A DNA stretch of 64,000 nt, taken from an uncultured Hormoscilla sp. (lineage in GTDB: Bacteria > Cyanobacteriota > Cyanobacteriia > Cyanobacteriales > Desertifilaceae). Shown in pieces: positions 45,527 through 57,453 of this stretch. Position numbers and translations under genes: made by a program. How positions within the stretch are numbered: the stretch's first letter is position 1; the number at the start of each line of letters is the position of its first letter. The notes under the pieces were generated by a model. The model saw only the letters and a list, made by a program, of their open reading frames with translations. It ran no database searches and was not told the origin of the DNA. The stretch covers positions 4,832,001 through 4,896,000 of the forward strand of contig OZ001293.3 of assembly GCA_963921275.4 (NCBI GenBank), given 5' to 3'.

Positions 45527-45671
45527 AGTTGATTGTTAGTAGTTAGTGGTCAAGGACGTAGGGCGGGCGGATCGCCTGCCCGGAGGCGGTCAGTTGCTCC
45601 GAACTATAGTCCTAGGAAGGGCGAGCAAGACATGTTAGCACTATAATTTAGTCAATATACCAATCTTAAGC

Positions 45672-46526
45672 ATGCAGTCAATGGTAAAGAGCGATCGCTC
45701 CGGGTCGAATGTAACTCCTGCCGAGATGATATCAGCCCTCAAACCAGGTGCCAATCTTGCTGGTGCTGACTTACAGAGGATGGAGCTGATGAGGATGAAT
45801 TTATCCAGTGTAGATTTTAGCAAAGCGAATCTGCTCAAAGCTAACCTGATCGCAGCTCACCTGAGTGGGGCCAACCTGTCTGAGGCGAACCTCAGGGGTG
45901 CGGATCTCAGAGGGGCCAACCTGCGCGCAGCTCACCTGAGTGGGGCCGACTTGCAAGACAGCTCCTTAAACCGGGCCCAATTGCAGCAGGCGGATCTGAC
46001 TGGTGCCAACCTGGAACTCGCCAAGCTGCAACTAGCTTACTACGATCGCGAGACAATTTGGCCAGAAGGATTTGCTTATAAAAGTTCTGGAGCAGTGGGT
46101 CCAAAAGCCAATCTACCTGGGGCTTTTCTGAACACGGCCCATCTTCGGGGAGTAGATCTGCGAGGTGCTAACCTGCGGGGTGCTTACTTGAGTGGAGCTG
46201 ATTTGACTGGAGCTAATTTAGAGGGAGCGGCATTGAGTGGGGCCAACCTCCAGAAAGCCTATCTTACAGGAGCTTGCTTGCGCTCTGCTCGATTAAATGG
46301 TGCTGAGTTGCAGTTTGCCGATCTGCGGGCTGCTGACTTGACTGGAGCCAGTTTAGAACATATACAGAGCATCGCTGGGGCTGATTTTACCCTGGCTCAA
46401 GGACTGAGTGAGTCCGATCGGGCCATGCTTTGCGCCCATCCAGGGCAAGAGTTGGGCACTTGGAATCCTTTCACTCGCAATAATACTGCCCAGAGTCTCG
46501 GCTGTTCCCCGATCGCTGACAAATGA
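45672..46526 (+). CDS. Pentapeptide repeat protein
   Basis: A(D/N)LxG repeats; T.WPEGF.Y..SGAVGP.ANL motif. Confidence 0.9.
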   Translation: MQSMVKSDRSGSNVTPAEMISALKPGANLAGADLQRMELMRMNLSSVDFSKANLLKANLIAAHLSGANLSEANLRGADLRGANLRAAHLSGADLQDSSLNRAQLQQADLTGANLELAKLQLAYYDRETIWPEGFAYKSSGAVGPKANLPGAFLNTAHLRGVDLRGANLRGAYLSGADLTGANLEGAALSGANLQKAYLTGACLRSARLNGAELQFADLRAADLTGASLEHIQSIAGADFTLAQGLSESDRAMLCAHPGQELGTWNPFTRNNTAQSLGCSPIADK

Positions 46527-46643
46527 ACAACAACAATGAGGGGACTCCCGAGCAAATAGCTTTACCACAGCAGGCAAAGCCACTTGGCTAAGAGACCCCC
46601 TCATTTTGAAAGAGTATTAAACTCGATGATACGTTAAATCTGA

Positions 46644-47210
<567 letters not shown>

Positions 47211-47223
47211 CTAGGGGGATAGA

Positions 47224-47757
<534 letters not shown>

Positions 47758-47874
47758 TTAGATCTCCTTATGAATAACAAGGACCGTTAGTTTGGACTGG
47801 TCGGTCAGTGCTTGACCAACCTGTATAGAAGATAAGGAATCAGGGATACCCCTGTCTATTTTATGATAAACCAA

Positions 47875-47892
47875 GTCACAAAACTTAACATA
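47875..47892. promoter_or_regulatory. HLR1/RpaB-like direct repeat upstream of the PE beta gene
   Basis: GTCACAAA-AC-TTAACATA, one mismatch per half-site to (G/T)TTACAWW-N2-(G/T)TTACAWW. Confidence 0.35.
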
Positions 47893-48043
47893 ATCCGTGC
47901 CCACCCGATCTCACCTAACCAGTTCGTAGTGCTGCCCAGAAGAAGATCGTAGAATCACTCGCAATCGAAGCATACCCACCCGTCAGCAGAAACGGTTACA
48001 GCAGGCCATTGGTAAGCCGCTAGCTGAGATTACCCGTTGGTTT

Positions 48044-49048
48044 GTGCTGGAACCCGATACCTTTCTTGAAGACGATCGCCGCGAAGATTTCTTTGCCTAT
48101 AATACAGGGCGCAATGGCGGCGAGTATTACACCCCCCGGCCTCTGATTCGCGCTATGATTCGGGTGGTGCAGCCGAAGATAGGCGATCGGATCTATGACG
48201 GCGCTTGCGGGTCGGGGGGGTTTCTGTGCGAGAGTTGCCTGGGAACTCCCACAACCAAACAAAATGAAATCCTACAAACCGAGACATTTTACGGGAAGGA
48301 GAAAAAGAGCCTCGCCTATGTCATAGCGATCATGAACATGATTTTGCATGGCATTAACGCACCTAACATCGTGCGCACCAACACCCTGACGGAGAACCTG
48401 AACGACATTCAGGACAAGGATCGCTTTGAGGTGGTTTTGGCAAATCCGCCCTTTGGAGGGAAGGAACGGAAGGAGGTGCAGCAGAATTTTCCGATTAAAA
48501 CGGGAGAGACGGCGTTTCTATTCTTGCAGCATTTCATCAAAAGCCTGAAGGTGGGCGGTCGTGCTGGGGTGGTGATTAAAAATACGTTTCTCTCGAATGC
48601 CGATAAGGCCTCTCGCGCCTTGCGAGAAGAACTGTTAACCAGTTGTAATCTGCATACGGTGCTGGACTGTCCCGGCGGGACGTTCATCGGTGCGGGGGTG
48701 AAAACGGTGGTGCTGTTCTTCGAGAAGGGGAGACCAACGGAGAAAATCTGGTATTATCAGCTTCAGCCAGGGCGCAGTTTGGGGAAGACCAACCCCCTCA
48801 ATGATGATGACCTGAAGGAGTTCGTGGATCTGCAAGGGAAGTTGGCCTCCTCCGAAAAGTCCTGGTTTGTGGATGTGTCGGAGATCGATCGGACGACGTT
48901 CGATCGGACGACGTTCGATCTGTCGGTGAAGAATCCGAATGGGCCAGAAGAAACACCGTTAAGGGATCCACAGGAGATTCTGGATGAGATCGCGGCGTTG
49001 GATGCGGAGACTGCGGAGATTTTGGCTAAAATTAGGGGGATGTTGTGA
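48044..49048 (+). pseudogene. hsdM: Type I RM methyltransferase HsdM, N-terminally truncated
   Basis: GRNGGEYYTPR lies about 20 aa from the start; DGACGSGGFL, LANPPFGG; the N-terminal helical domain is absent. Confidence 0.8.
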
Positions 49049-49665
49049 GCAATCGCTGGGAAGTAGTGCCACTTGGCAAAGTTTGTTGGGTTGATAAGTT
49101 GCAATATAGTGGTTCTAACTTGCCTTATGTTGGTATGGAAGATATTGAGAGTGGAACTGGTAGGTTTTTGGGGTCATTAGAACCACGCAATGTACAAAGT
49201 TCAACATTTAAATTCACCCCTAAACATCTTCTTTATGGGCGATTGCGTCCATACCTAAATAAAGTGATGTTGCCTAGTTTTTATGGTCACTGCTCATCAG
49301 AGATTTTTCCTATTGCTGTTAGTGAAAAACTAGATCGTTCTTTCTTGTTTTACTGGTTAACAAGCAATAGTACTGTTGAGCGTATAAATCGCACCTGTAC
49401 AGGTGCAAGAATGCCGAGAGCCAATGTGAAATCAATTTTAAATTTCGATTTTCTTCTTCCACCACTCCCCGAACAAAAGCAGATTGTGGCGATCCTGGAT
49501 GAGGTGTTTGAGGAAATCGATCGCGCGATCGGCAACACTGAGAAGAACCTCGCTGCCCTCCAAGAACTCAAACAATCTATCCTGCAAAAAGCATTCACCG
49601 GAGAACTCACCGCCGACGCCGCTAACCAGGCGATACAAACCGCTAAGGAGATTGTCGCCGCATGA
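49045..49665 (+). CDS. hsdS: Half-length type I specificity subunit (single TRD)
   Basis: WEVVPLG, LYGRLRPYLNKV, PPLPEQKQIVAILD, ELKQSILQKAFTGEL; only 206 aa. Confidence 0.85.
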   Translation: MSNRWEVVPLGKVCWVDKLQYSGSNLPYVGMEDIESGTGRFLGSLEPRNVQSSTFKFTPKHLLYGRLRPYLNKVMLPSFYGHCSSEIFPIAVSEKLDRSFLFYWLTSNSTVERINRTCTGARMPRANVKSILNFDFLLPPLPEQKQIVAILDEVFEEIDRAIGNTEKNLAALQELKQSILQKAFTGELTADAANQAIQTAKEIVAA

Positions 49666-49760
49666 ACAATTATTGTCTTCCTCGTAAATTTGACCATCCA
49701 ACCCGGGAGGATTTATGTAGATCCAGAAAATTCGGAAACCATTACAATACAAGTATCTAA

Positions 49761-52121
49761 GTGCCTAAAAGCAAATCGAGACCAATGGATATGAACGAAG
49801 CTGAAACCCGCGCAGAACTGATCGACCCCGCCCTGAAAGCCGCCGGCTGGGGAGTTGTCCCCGATAGCGGCATCCGCCGCGAACGCATCACCCTCGGTCG
49901 CCTGATCGGTGATGGAAAACGTACCAAAAAATTAATCACCGACTACGTCCTGGTCTATCGCGATCGCAAGCTGGCAGTCATCGAAGCCAAGAGACGGGAC
50001 CTCCACGACACCGAAGGGGTGGGACAGGCGAAGAACTATGCGGAAAAATTGCAAACCCGTTTCGCCTACTCCACCAACGGCGATCGCATCTACCAGATCG
50101 ATATGCAAACAGGGACCGAAGGCTACGTCAACAATTATCCCAGTCCCGATGAACTCTGGGCTATGACCTACAGCCAGCAGAACGAATGGCGCGATCGCTT
50201 TGCGGTCATCCCCTTCCAGGACAAAGGTGGCAGCAAGGAAGCGCGGTACTACCAGCACAACGCCATCACCAATGTCCTAGAGGCGATATCCTCCGGGCGC
50301 GATCGCCTCCTGTTGACAATGGCAACGGGAACCGGTAAAACCTTCGTCGCCTTTCAAATCGCGTGGAAACTATTCCAAAGCCACTGGAATCTCACCGGGA
50401 AACCAACCCGCCGCCCCCGCATTCTGTTTTTAGCCGATCGCAATATCCTCGCCAACCAAGCCTTTAACAACTTTTCCGCCTTTCCCGACGATGCCCTCGT
50501 TCGCATCGACCCCGACTCAATCCGCAAGCGCGGTCGAGTCCCCAAGAATGGCAGCATCTTTTTTACCATCTTCCAAACCTTCATGACAGACAGCGCGAAG
50601 GAAGAAAACCCCACCCCCAACTTCGGCGAATATCCCCCCGACTTCTTCGACTTCATCATCATTGACGAATGCCACCGAGGAGGTGCGAGAGACGAAAGCA
50701 CCTGGCGCCGCATCCTGGAACATTTCTCACCCGCCGTACAGTTAGGACTCACCGCCACCCCCAAGCGCACCTACAATGCCGACACATACGCTTATTTTGG
50801 AGAGCCCGTTTACACCTACTCCCTCAAAGACGGCATCAACGACGGTTTTTTAACTCCCTTCCAAGTCAAGCAAATTCAAACCACTCTAGATGAATATCTC
50901 TATACCAAAGATGATATTATTCTCGAAGGGCAAGTGTCCGAAGGCAAACGCTACAGGGAAGAGGAATTCAACCGCATCATCGAGATCGAAGCACGGGAAA
51001 GATACCGCGTCAGGCTGTTGATGGCAGACATCGACCAAAATCAGAAAACCATCGTTTTTTGCGCCACCCAAGACCACGCACTCGCCGTGCGAAACTTAAT
51101 TAACCAAATGAAAAACAGCAGCAACCCGAATTACTGCGTGCGAGTTACTGCCAATGATGGGAAATTAGGCGAACTGCATTTAAGTAACTTTCAGGACAAC
51201 GAGAAAAACATCCCCACCATTCTCACCACTTCCCAGAAACTCTCCACCGGTGTTGATGCGCGGAACATTCGCAACATCGTTTTAATGCGTCCCATCAATT
51301 CCATGATTGAGTTCAAACAGATTATCGGTCGCGGCACCCGGCTTTTTGAAGGTAAAGACTATTTCACGATTTACGATTTTGTCAAAGCTTATGAGCATTT
51401 CAACGACTCCGAATGGGATGGGGAACCCGAAACCCCTATACTGATAACTGGTGGCGAAGAAAATAGAACCGATGAAGCTGGCCACAGGGAGGAAATAGAA
51501 CCGGATGTAAGCCAAGAACCAACCCAAAAAGTCAAAATCAAACTAGCAGACGGCAAAGAACGCATTATCCAGCACATGATGGCGACCTCTTTCTGGAGTC
51601 AAGATGGCAAACCCATATCAGCAGCAGAGTTCATCGAACAACTGTTTGGGGAACTCCCAGAACTGTTCAGAGATGAAAACGAATTACGGCAACTATGGAG
51701 CCTCCCCGATACCCGTCAAAAACTGTTAGAATGTCTTGAAGAGAAAGGTTACGGCCACGAGCAGCTTGTGGAAATTAGCCGCCTTTTCGACGCCGAGAAA
51801 AGCGACATATACGACGTGCTTGTCTACATTGCTTACAACAACTCACCCCCCATCACCCGCCAAGAGCGAGTCATCGCCCGCAAGGAGATAATATTCTCTC
51901 ACTACACTGACAAACAACAAGAATTTATAGATTTTGTATTATCGCAATACGTTAAAGGAGGCGTAGACGAACTAAGTATAGAATCATTACCTCAACTGCT
52001 AGAAATAAAGTACGGCAGCATTAGAGATGCTATGGACGATCAGGGGAACGATCCTGCCGCTATCAGAAATTTTTTTATTGGGTTTCAACAATACTTATAT
52101 GAAAACAAAACAGCAGCATAA
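49761..52121 (+). CDS. hsdR: Type I restriction subunit (EcoAI/EcoEI-like HsdR)
   Basis: NEAETR..LIDP.L, IEAK, MATGTGKT, DECHRGG, GLTATP, QIIGRGTR; the real start may be 49785 or 49791. Confidence 0.93.
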   Translation: MPKSKSRPMDMNEAETRAELIDPALKAAGWGVVPDSGIRRERITLGRLIGDGKRTKKLITDYVLVYRDRKLAVIEAKRRDLHDTEGVGQAKNYAEKLQTRFAYSTNGDRIYQIDMQTGTEGYVNNYPSPDELWAMTYSQQNEWRDRFAVIPFQDKGGSKEARYYQHNAITNVLEAISSGRDRLLLTMATGTGKTFVAFQIAWKLFQSHWNLTGKPTRRPRILFLADRNILANQAFNNFSAFPDDALVRIDPDSIRKRGRVPKNGSIFFTIFQTFMTDSAKEENPTPNFGEYPPDFFDFIIIDECHRGGARDESTWRRILEHFSPAVQLGLTATPKRTYNADTYAYFGEPVYTYSLKDGINDGFLTPFQVKQIQTTLDEYLYTKDDIILEGQVSEGKRYREEEFNRIIEIEARERYRVRLLMADIDQNQKTIVFCATQDHALAVRNLINQMKNSSNPNYCVRVTANDGKLGELHLSNFQDNEKNIPTILTTSQKLSTGVDARNIRNIVLMRPINSMIEFKQIIGRGTRLFEGKDYFTIYDFVKAYEHFNDSEWDGEPETPILITGGEENRTDEAGHREEIEPDVSQEPTQKVKIKLADGKERIIQHMMATSFWSQDGKPISAAEFIEQLFGELPELFRDENELRQLWSLPDTRQKLLECLEEKGYGHEQLVEISRLFDAEKSDIYDVLVYIAYNNSPPITRQERVIARKEIIFSHYTDKQQEFIDFVLSQYVKGGVDELSIESLPQLLEIKYGSIRDAMDDQGNDPAAIRNFFIGFQQYLYENKTAA

Positions 52122-52295
52122 AGCGTATAACTTCTAGCTAAAACAACAATGCTTTTAGTCGGTTTTCAACCGACTTTAGCTATTAGCCGGGGGTTTGAAC
52201 CCCCGGCGGGTCTGGTTTACATCTGAGTATCTCCACAAACCATCGGCGTCTTCCGCATGCTCTTGTCCTGAAGGACTCGGCATACTCCAGACACC

Positions 52296-52349
52296 GTCAC
52301 GCCATTTGCGGGCATCTTCTACATAGAAGTGAATGCGATCGATCTGCAT
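52296..52349 (-). pseudogene. Possible N-terminal remnant of 4-hydroxyphenylpyruvate dioxygenase
   Basis: MQIDRIHFYVEDARKWRD resembles cyanobacterial HppD starts; the similarity then stops. Confidence 0.35.
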
Positions 52350-52427
52350 TGTTAATTGGGAATTGCTAATTGTTCCAAACAGATTACCTCTTTTGCTAGT
52401 TGAGTGCGATCTCCTCTGAAGATGGCA

Positions 52428-53972
52428 TTAATGTCTGCCAAAAGATGCTGGTAAAACAGCCAAAATGTTTTTTGCTGTAGCATTACCTAGTTCTTTGGGT
52501 TCCAGTTTGTGAAGCCCGCCCCCATATACTCGACCCTCACCTGCCAAGATTTCTGGGGATATCTCCTGGAGACCTTGCCACACAACTTTGACAAGCTGCC
52601 GATTTATGTTGAGGATTTTCTCCAGGTTGGGTTTTGGGTAAAGCATCAGATACACGTTGGCTGCTGTCGCCCGGCTGTGATTCAATATAAATCGGAATGT
52701 GAGACCATTTTTTTTGCCTTTACGCCCCATATAAGTACAAAGGAACCTAGAAGCCGGACGGTTCTCTTGTAAGTACCAAGGATATCTATGTCTGCACAAA
52801 TACCGCTGACTATATCCGGCCTTTACACCTAGGAGAAGGTAATTCCAAAGTAATGGATATTTATATTTTACCTCCGCTTCTGGCAAATGGCATGCTAGCC
52901 AAAATAGTTGCCGATCAACCAGGGGATTTCCAGCCATATCTGCTGCTATCTCCTCTACTGAGAGGTATCGGGGACTGGGTAAAATTGGTTTCAAGAATTC
53001 CTCTGGCAGTTGATGGCGATAGATCTGTTCTGGGGTGAGGATAAAAAACTGATTTGCCCCGGTTGCTAAACCCCGCTTGATTGTGAATAGGTCGGATAAC
53101 TTGAGGGACCTGTCATCGGACCGGAAATGAGGAACGGTAAATTTTTTCCACTTGGCGGTATCGCCTAATCGCTCGATCGGGATATATTTTTCTACTTGCG
53201 GTGCTTTTAAGGTGCCGCCGTAGGTAAACTTAACCATCCGATCGGTTGCGGGTCTTGTTTTTTTCAGCCAAATCACTGCTGAAGATACAAGTGCATCTGC
53301 AAACAGGAGATCCTGCGGATCGAAACGATGGATATGTAGCAAAGTTACGCGACTGAGTAAGTATTCCTGGATCTGTTTTCCGTAATTGACATCCATAAAC
53401 TCGCTAGGAATCAGCCATCCAGCAATAGCATTTTCAGCCATCCAGGCATCGGCAAGGCAGAGAAAATAGCAGTACATTCCCGCTAATTGACTGAGTTTTA
53501 TTCCCACTGTTTGATAGGTAATATTTTGCAGTCGCTGCTTCTCAGGATTGGTCAAATGGTGATGTCTGATATAGGGAGGATTGGCAATGATGAGGTCAAA
53601 TTTGGCGGCCTCAGAAGTTGGCGGCGTGGCACGGGTAAAATCGTCAATTTTTAGCTTTAATGGCCTATCTTGCCAAAACTCAGACGCTTGCAGTCCATAG
53701 TCGGGAGAAATTTCATAGCCAACCGCTTCAGCAATCTGTGAAGAGGGAAATGTTTTTAGCAAGGCGGAGTAGAATGAGCCAGTACCAAAGGCAGGATCCA
53801 GAAAGCGAATGTTTCCTGGCAACAGTGCTTTGGCGTATTCTAGCATATCTGTTGCTAGGGCTGTCGGTGTCGCAAATTGACCGAGTTTGTTTCGTGAATA
53901 ACGTGTTTTCCTGGAATCAAGTTCTGCTTGAAGCTGGAGGCGCATTAATTCAATATTGTTGATTTCTACCAT
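52428..53972 (-). CDS. N6-adenine DNA methyltransferase, partner of the XamI-type endonuclease
   Basis: GQFATP, FLDPAFGTGSF, IANPPY, YGGGLHKLEPKEL. Confidence 0.9.
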   Translation of the reverse strand: MVEINNIELMRLQLQAELDSRKTRYSRNKLGQFATPTALATDMLEYAKALLPGNIRFLDPAFGTGSFYSALLKTFPSSQIAEAVGYEISPDYGLQASEFWQDRPLKLKIDDFTRATPPTSEAAKFDLIIANPPYIRHHHLTNPEKQRLQNITYQTVGIKLSQLAGMYCYFLCLADAWMAENAIAGWLIPSEFMDVNYGKQIQEYLLSRVTLLHIHRFDPQDLLFADALVSSAVIWLKKTRPATDRMVKFTYGGTLKAPQVEKYIPIERLGDTAKWKKFTVPHFRSDDRSLKLSDLFTIKRGLATGANQFFILTPEQIYRHQLPEEFLKPILPSPRYLSVEEIAADMAGNPLVDRQLFWLACHLPEAEVKYKYPLLWNYLLLGVKAGYSQRYLCRHRYPWYLQENRPASRFLCTYMGRKGKKNGLTFRFILNHSRATAANVYLMLYPKPNLEKILNINRQLVKVVWQGLQEISPEILAGEGRVYGGGLHKLEPKELGNATAKNILAVLPASFGRH

Positions 53973-53975
53973 TGT

Positions 53976-54935
53976 TTACAAGCCAAAATCTGCTAAGTCG
54001 TCTATGCGATGTTCCCACACCCAGTCAATGCCTTCGGCAGCTTCGTAACCTAAATAACCACTGTCGAAGTAGCCGCAAAGAAATAGAACAAAGTTGATTT
54101 TATCGCCGTAAGTGCTAATCAACTGAGCTACTTTAGTCGCTTCTTCCTTGCGTCGCTTGTTCGGATTAGTATAATCCCCCGCGCATTTGGCTTCAAGAAG
54201 TAGTGGAAAATCGCTTGTAGAGTGGAAGGGCATAATCACAACGTCAATAGGTATCTTGATGTTTTTGGTGCGTCCCCGTTGAATCACTGGCAGGTTAACT
54301 CTAAAGGAAAACGAGCCAGGATTCATCCCATTTTCGGGAAACTCTTTGCTTACCTTAAGGTAAGAATAGCCTCGCCCTTCTAGCCACTGTTTAATGGTAG
54401 CAAGCTGTCTTTGCTCTTGTGAATTGCGAATAATTGGGTCAGCTACCGCACCACATAAGCGATCGGCAACAATTGTCGCTGCTCGATAAATCTCTGCATT
54501 GGTTGGCGTCTGTTGATTATCCAGCCATGGAAAGATGTTTTTGTCAGCTAGGCGTGTAATTATCTGACCAATGCGATCGAGATCGGTTTCAACTGCTGTT
54601 CGCTCCATCCGAGGTGGGATTCGCTGGTTAACTTCCATAGTTTTGACTAGGTTAGGGGAGACTCCAGCTAGACCGATGAGGCGATCGCGGGCAATGGGTG
54701 GTGCTGTAGCCATGCGCAGCATAGGTAGGACAGAGGGATATTGCCTCAGCACAGATGACGTGATGTTAGTCAGATTAGCCGTCTGCGCCAAAGCCGACTC
54801 AACTTGCTTAGTAGTTTCAACGCGAGTGTCGCGGTATGCTAAGGGAGCAAATTGCATGAACCAATTGTTGTAAAAGTCTACCGATTGAGCAATATCTGAC
54901 TTCCATCGATGGGGCTTATCCGCGTTTACTGCCAT
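53976..54935 (-). CDS. XamI-family type II restriction endonuclease
   Basis: NADKPHRWK.DIAQSVD.YN.WF, EAK.AGD.TN.NKRRKEEA, YLGYEAAEGIDWVWEHR. Confidence 0.85.
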   Translation of the reverse strand: MAVNADKPHRWKSDIAQSVDFYNNWFMQFAPLAYRDTRVETTKQVESALAQTANLTNITSSVLRQYPSVLPMLRMATAPPIARDRLIGLAGVSPNLVKTMEVNQRIPPRMERTAVETDLDRIGQIITRLADKNIFPWLDNQQTPTNAEIYRAATIVADRLCGAVADPIIRNSQEQRQLATIKQWLEGRGYSYLKVSKEFPENGMNPGSFSFRVNLPVIQRGRTKNIKIPIDVVIMPFHSTSDFPLLLEAKCAGDYTNPNKRRKEEATKVAQLISTYGDKINFVLFLCGYFDSGYLGYEAAEGIDWVWEHRIDDLADFGL

Positions 54936-54958
54936 AATCAACTTATTATATCAAGCCT

Positions 54959-55042
54959 GCAAGCACTAAATTGCTTACTACGAACGGCAAGCACTAAATT
55001 GCTTACTACGAACGGCAAGCACTAAATTGCTTACTACGAACG
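54959..55042. repeat. 3 x 28-bp tandem REP-like unit
   Basis: GCAAGCACTAAATTGCTTACTACGAACG x3 with no spacers; a small hairpin plus GTTCGTAG on the minus strand. Confidence 0.85.
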
Positions 55043-57439
55043 GTCGATTTTTCGCGCAGCGATCGTCTTTTGCAACCCATTGAGCAATCGTTGATTTTCG
55101 GTGCGCGTGCCCACTGCTGTTCTAAAATAGTACTCATCCAATCCTGGTTTACCACCGAAGTCCGCGACAAAGATATTTTTCCCTTGCAGGGCCGCCACTA
55201 AATCCTTGGAGGTTATTCCTAGGGGTTCCGTTCTCACGAACAGAAAGTTCGTTGCTGAAGGATAGACGATGAAACCCAACTGTTGCAGTGCTTTTGCTAA
55301 CTTGCCTCTTTCCCGCCGAATTTGTGCCAGGTTGGCCTCGACGTAGGAGATTTCTTCTAAGGCCGCGATCGCGCCTACCAGGGCCAGTTTGCTGACAGGG
55401 AAGAGTTGGGCGGCGCGATAGAGATAATCGACGATGACTTCATTAGCAATAGCGTATCCCACTCTCAGCCCTGCCAAACCGAAGCTTTTCGAGAAACTGC
55501 GCAATACAATCAGATGGGGATATTTATCTACCAAGTCCGCTACTGTTTCCTGACAGATTTCATAGTAGCACTCATCTACTACGACTATGCAGTCCAGGCG
55601 ATCGAGGATCTGAATAATCGTCTCCCGCGCCACCAGGTTAGCAGTGGGGTTATTGGGGTTGGCGATAAAGAGCACCTTCGTCTGGGGCCTCACTTTCTGC
55701 AACAGCGCCTCCATATCCAGGCCAAAATCTGCCGTTCTCTGGACAAACACTGGACGGGCATTGATAAGTTCTGTGGAATGGCAGTAGACGAAAAAGGTCG
55801 GAACTGGCAGCAATACTTCCTCTCCTGGTTGCACGAAGGTTTTCACAATCAGTTCGATCAGGTCGTCGGAACCATTGCCAATGATAATCTGTTCGGGTTT
55901 AGCTTTGGTATACTTAGCTAAGGCACCTCGCAGTTCGCCCCCCAGAATATCAGGATAGCGGTTGAGTGTCCGCGCCGCCGAGGCGATCGCCTCTATTACG
56001 TGGCGAGACGGCGGATAAGGTAACTCTCCCTTATCCAGACGAATAGCATTATCTGCTTTGGGCGGTCCCGCTACCTTGGGATTTAAAGATTTAACGTGTT
56101 GGTTAACCATATCCTTCCTTTCTTGTAACCCTAGGGCATCGGTCGATAAATCTGGTTCCTGTGAGGGCAATGCTGATGAAACTTCCTCTGTTGTCGAAAC
56201 CTCCTGGGTGCTTTCGGGCAATGCTGATGAAACTTCTTCTGTTGCCGAAACCTCCTGGGTGAAACTTCTTGACCTATGTTCTAGCCATTCTGGCAGTTCT
56301 ACTATACTGTTGAGAATAGCATCACAGCTCAACTCGGCAAACTTGCGCCGCTTATTTTCTCTCGCCTCCCCGGTGGCAAAACCCGTCAGTACCCCGATCG
56401 CCATACATCCAGCGCCTTTAGCAGCAACCACATCGCTGGCAGCATCACCTATATATGCAGCATACTTGTGGTCTGACTGCTGATATTGGGAACTACACAA
56501 AGCTTCCACATTGATATAGGGATCCATTGCCTTTAGTACCACAAATGGATGGGGTTTGTCCAGCTTCACCCTTTCCCCCTTTTGCGACATTAGAGACTCT
56601 GCTGCTAACACTTCATCATAGGTGACAATGCGCTTGGGGTCAAAATATTCTAGCAGTCCCAATGCTTGCAGCGGCCCTATCGCTTCCGTCCGGGGCCTGC
56701 CGGTGGAGATCGCCAAACTATAACGACCGTACAATTCTTTGAGGGTTGCCTCAATTTCACTTAATTCTAGTACCGTTTCATCATCTAGCAGTTGATAATC
56801 TTTTTTCCCTTCATACCACTCTTGGAAATTACCATAGCATAGTTGCCATAGATCTCCTTTCGGTGCCAATGCTGGGACATTCACTCCCAAACGCAGATCG
56901 ATAAACTCCTCTAGATATTCTAGCACGGCATTGCCGGTTAGGGATTCGGTTTCCTGCCAAAATTCAGCAATTATCCCCTCGCTGATTTTGTAATTATACC
57001 CCCGATTTTTCGCGCAGCGTTCGCGCAACTTGCCACCTAACTGCTGTAAGTTTTCCCATACCAGGGCATTTTCGTTGTTGAGTATTTCCCGCCAACCATC
57101 TGGTTCCACTTTATTTAATTCGCTCAATATTCCCACCAAGTGCAGACAAAAGACAAAGAATGTCAGGTCCCAGTTGGAATTAATCGCGCGACTTTTCAGT
57201 TCATAAATAAAACTACTGGGGATAACCTGTTCGCCCAGTTCTGGCAATACCTGGGACAAGTCAGTTTCCGAACCCAAATAGTTATTCAGGCCTAGATATT
57301 CTTGACTAGAAATCAGTTCCCATACAGTCAGTATGGCCGTAGTCCAATATTTTTTCTCGCTAGTAATGACGCCATCCAGGTCAAAAATCAAAATCCTGAG
57401 TTGATCTGTATTGTCCACCTTTATCCTTCCTAATATCAC
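55034..57439 (-). CDS. Fusion of a HAD-family hydrolase and a HisC-like PLP aminotransferase
   Basis: IFDLDGV, STGRP, KPHP, IGDAASD (HAD); NRYPD, GNGSDDLI, NPNNPT, VDECY, RSFSKSFGLAGLRVGY (class I/II aminotransferase). Confidence 0.88.
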   Translation of the reverse strand: MILGRIKVDNTDQLRILIFDLDGVITSEKKYWTTAILTVWELISSQEYLGLNNYLGSETDLSQVLPELGEQVIPSSFIYELKSRAINSNWDLTFFVFCLHLVGILSELNKVEPDGWREILNNENALVWENLQQLGGKLRERCAKNRGYNYKISEGIIAEFWQETESLTGNAVLEYLEEFIDLRLGVNVPALAPKGDLWQLCYGNFQEWYEGKKDYQLLDDETVLELSEIEATLKELYGRYSLAISTGRPRTEAIGPLQALGLLEYFDPKRIVTYDEVLAAESLMSQKGERVKLDKPHPFVVLKAMDPYINVEALCSSQYQQSDHKYAAYIGDAASDVVAAKGAGCMAIGVLTGFATGEARENKRRKFAELSCDAILNSIVELPEWLEHRSRSFTQEVSATEEVSSALPESTQEVSTTEEVSSALPSQEPDLSTDALGLQERKDMVNQHVKSLNPKVAGPPKADNAIRLDKGELPYPPSRHVIEAIASAARTLNRYPDILGGELRGALAKYTKAKPEQIIIGNGSDDLIELIVKTFVQPGEEVLLPVPTFFVYCHSTELINARPVFVQRTADFGLDMEALLQKVRPQTKVLFIANPNNPTANLVARETIIQILDRLDCIVVVDECYYEICQETVADLVDKYPHLIVLRSFSKSFGLAGLRVGYAIANEVIVDYLYRAAQLFPVSKLALVGAIAALEEISYVEANLAQIRRERGKLAKALQQLGFIVYPSATNFLFVRTEPLGITSKDLVAALQGKNIFVADFGGKPGLDEYYFRTAVGTRTENQRLLNGLQKTIAARKIDRS

Positions 57440-57453
57440 TTTGAATTTCGTAT

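Noticed and set aside
54959..55042. 28-bp direct repeats as a mini-CRISPR
   Set aside because: Head-to-tail with no spacers; REP-like hairpin
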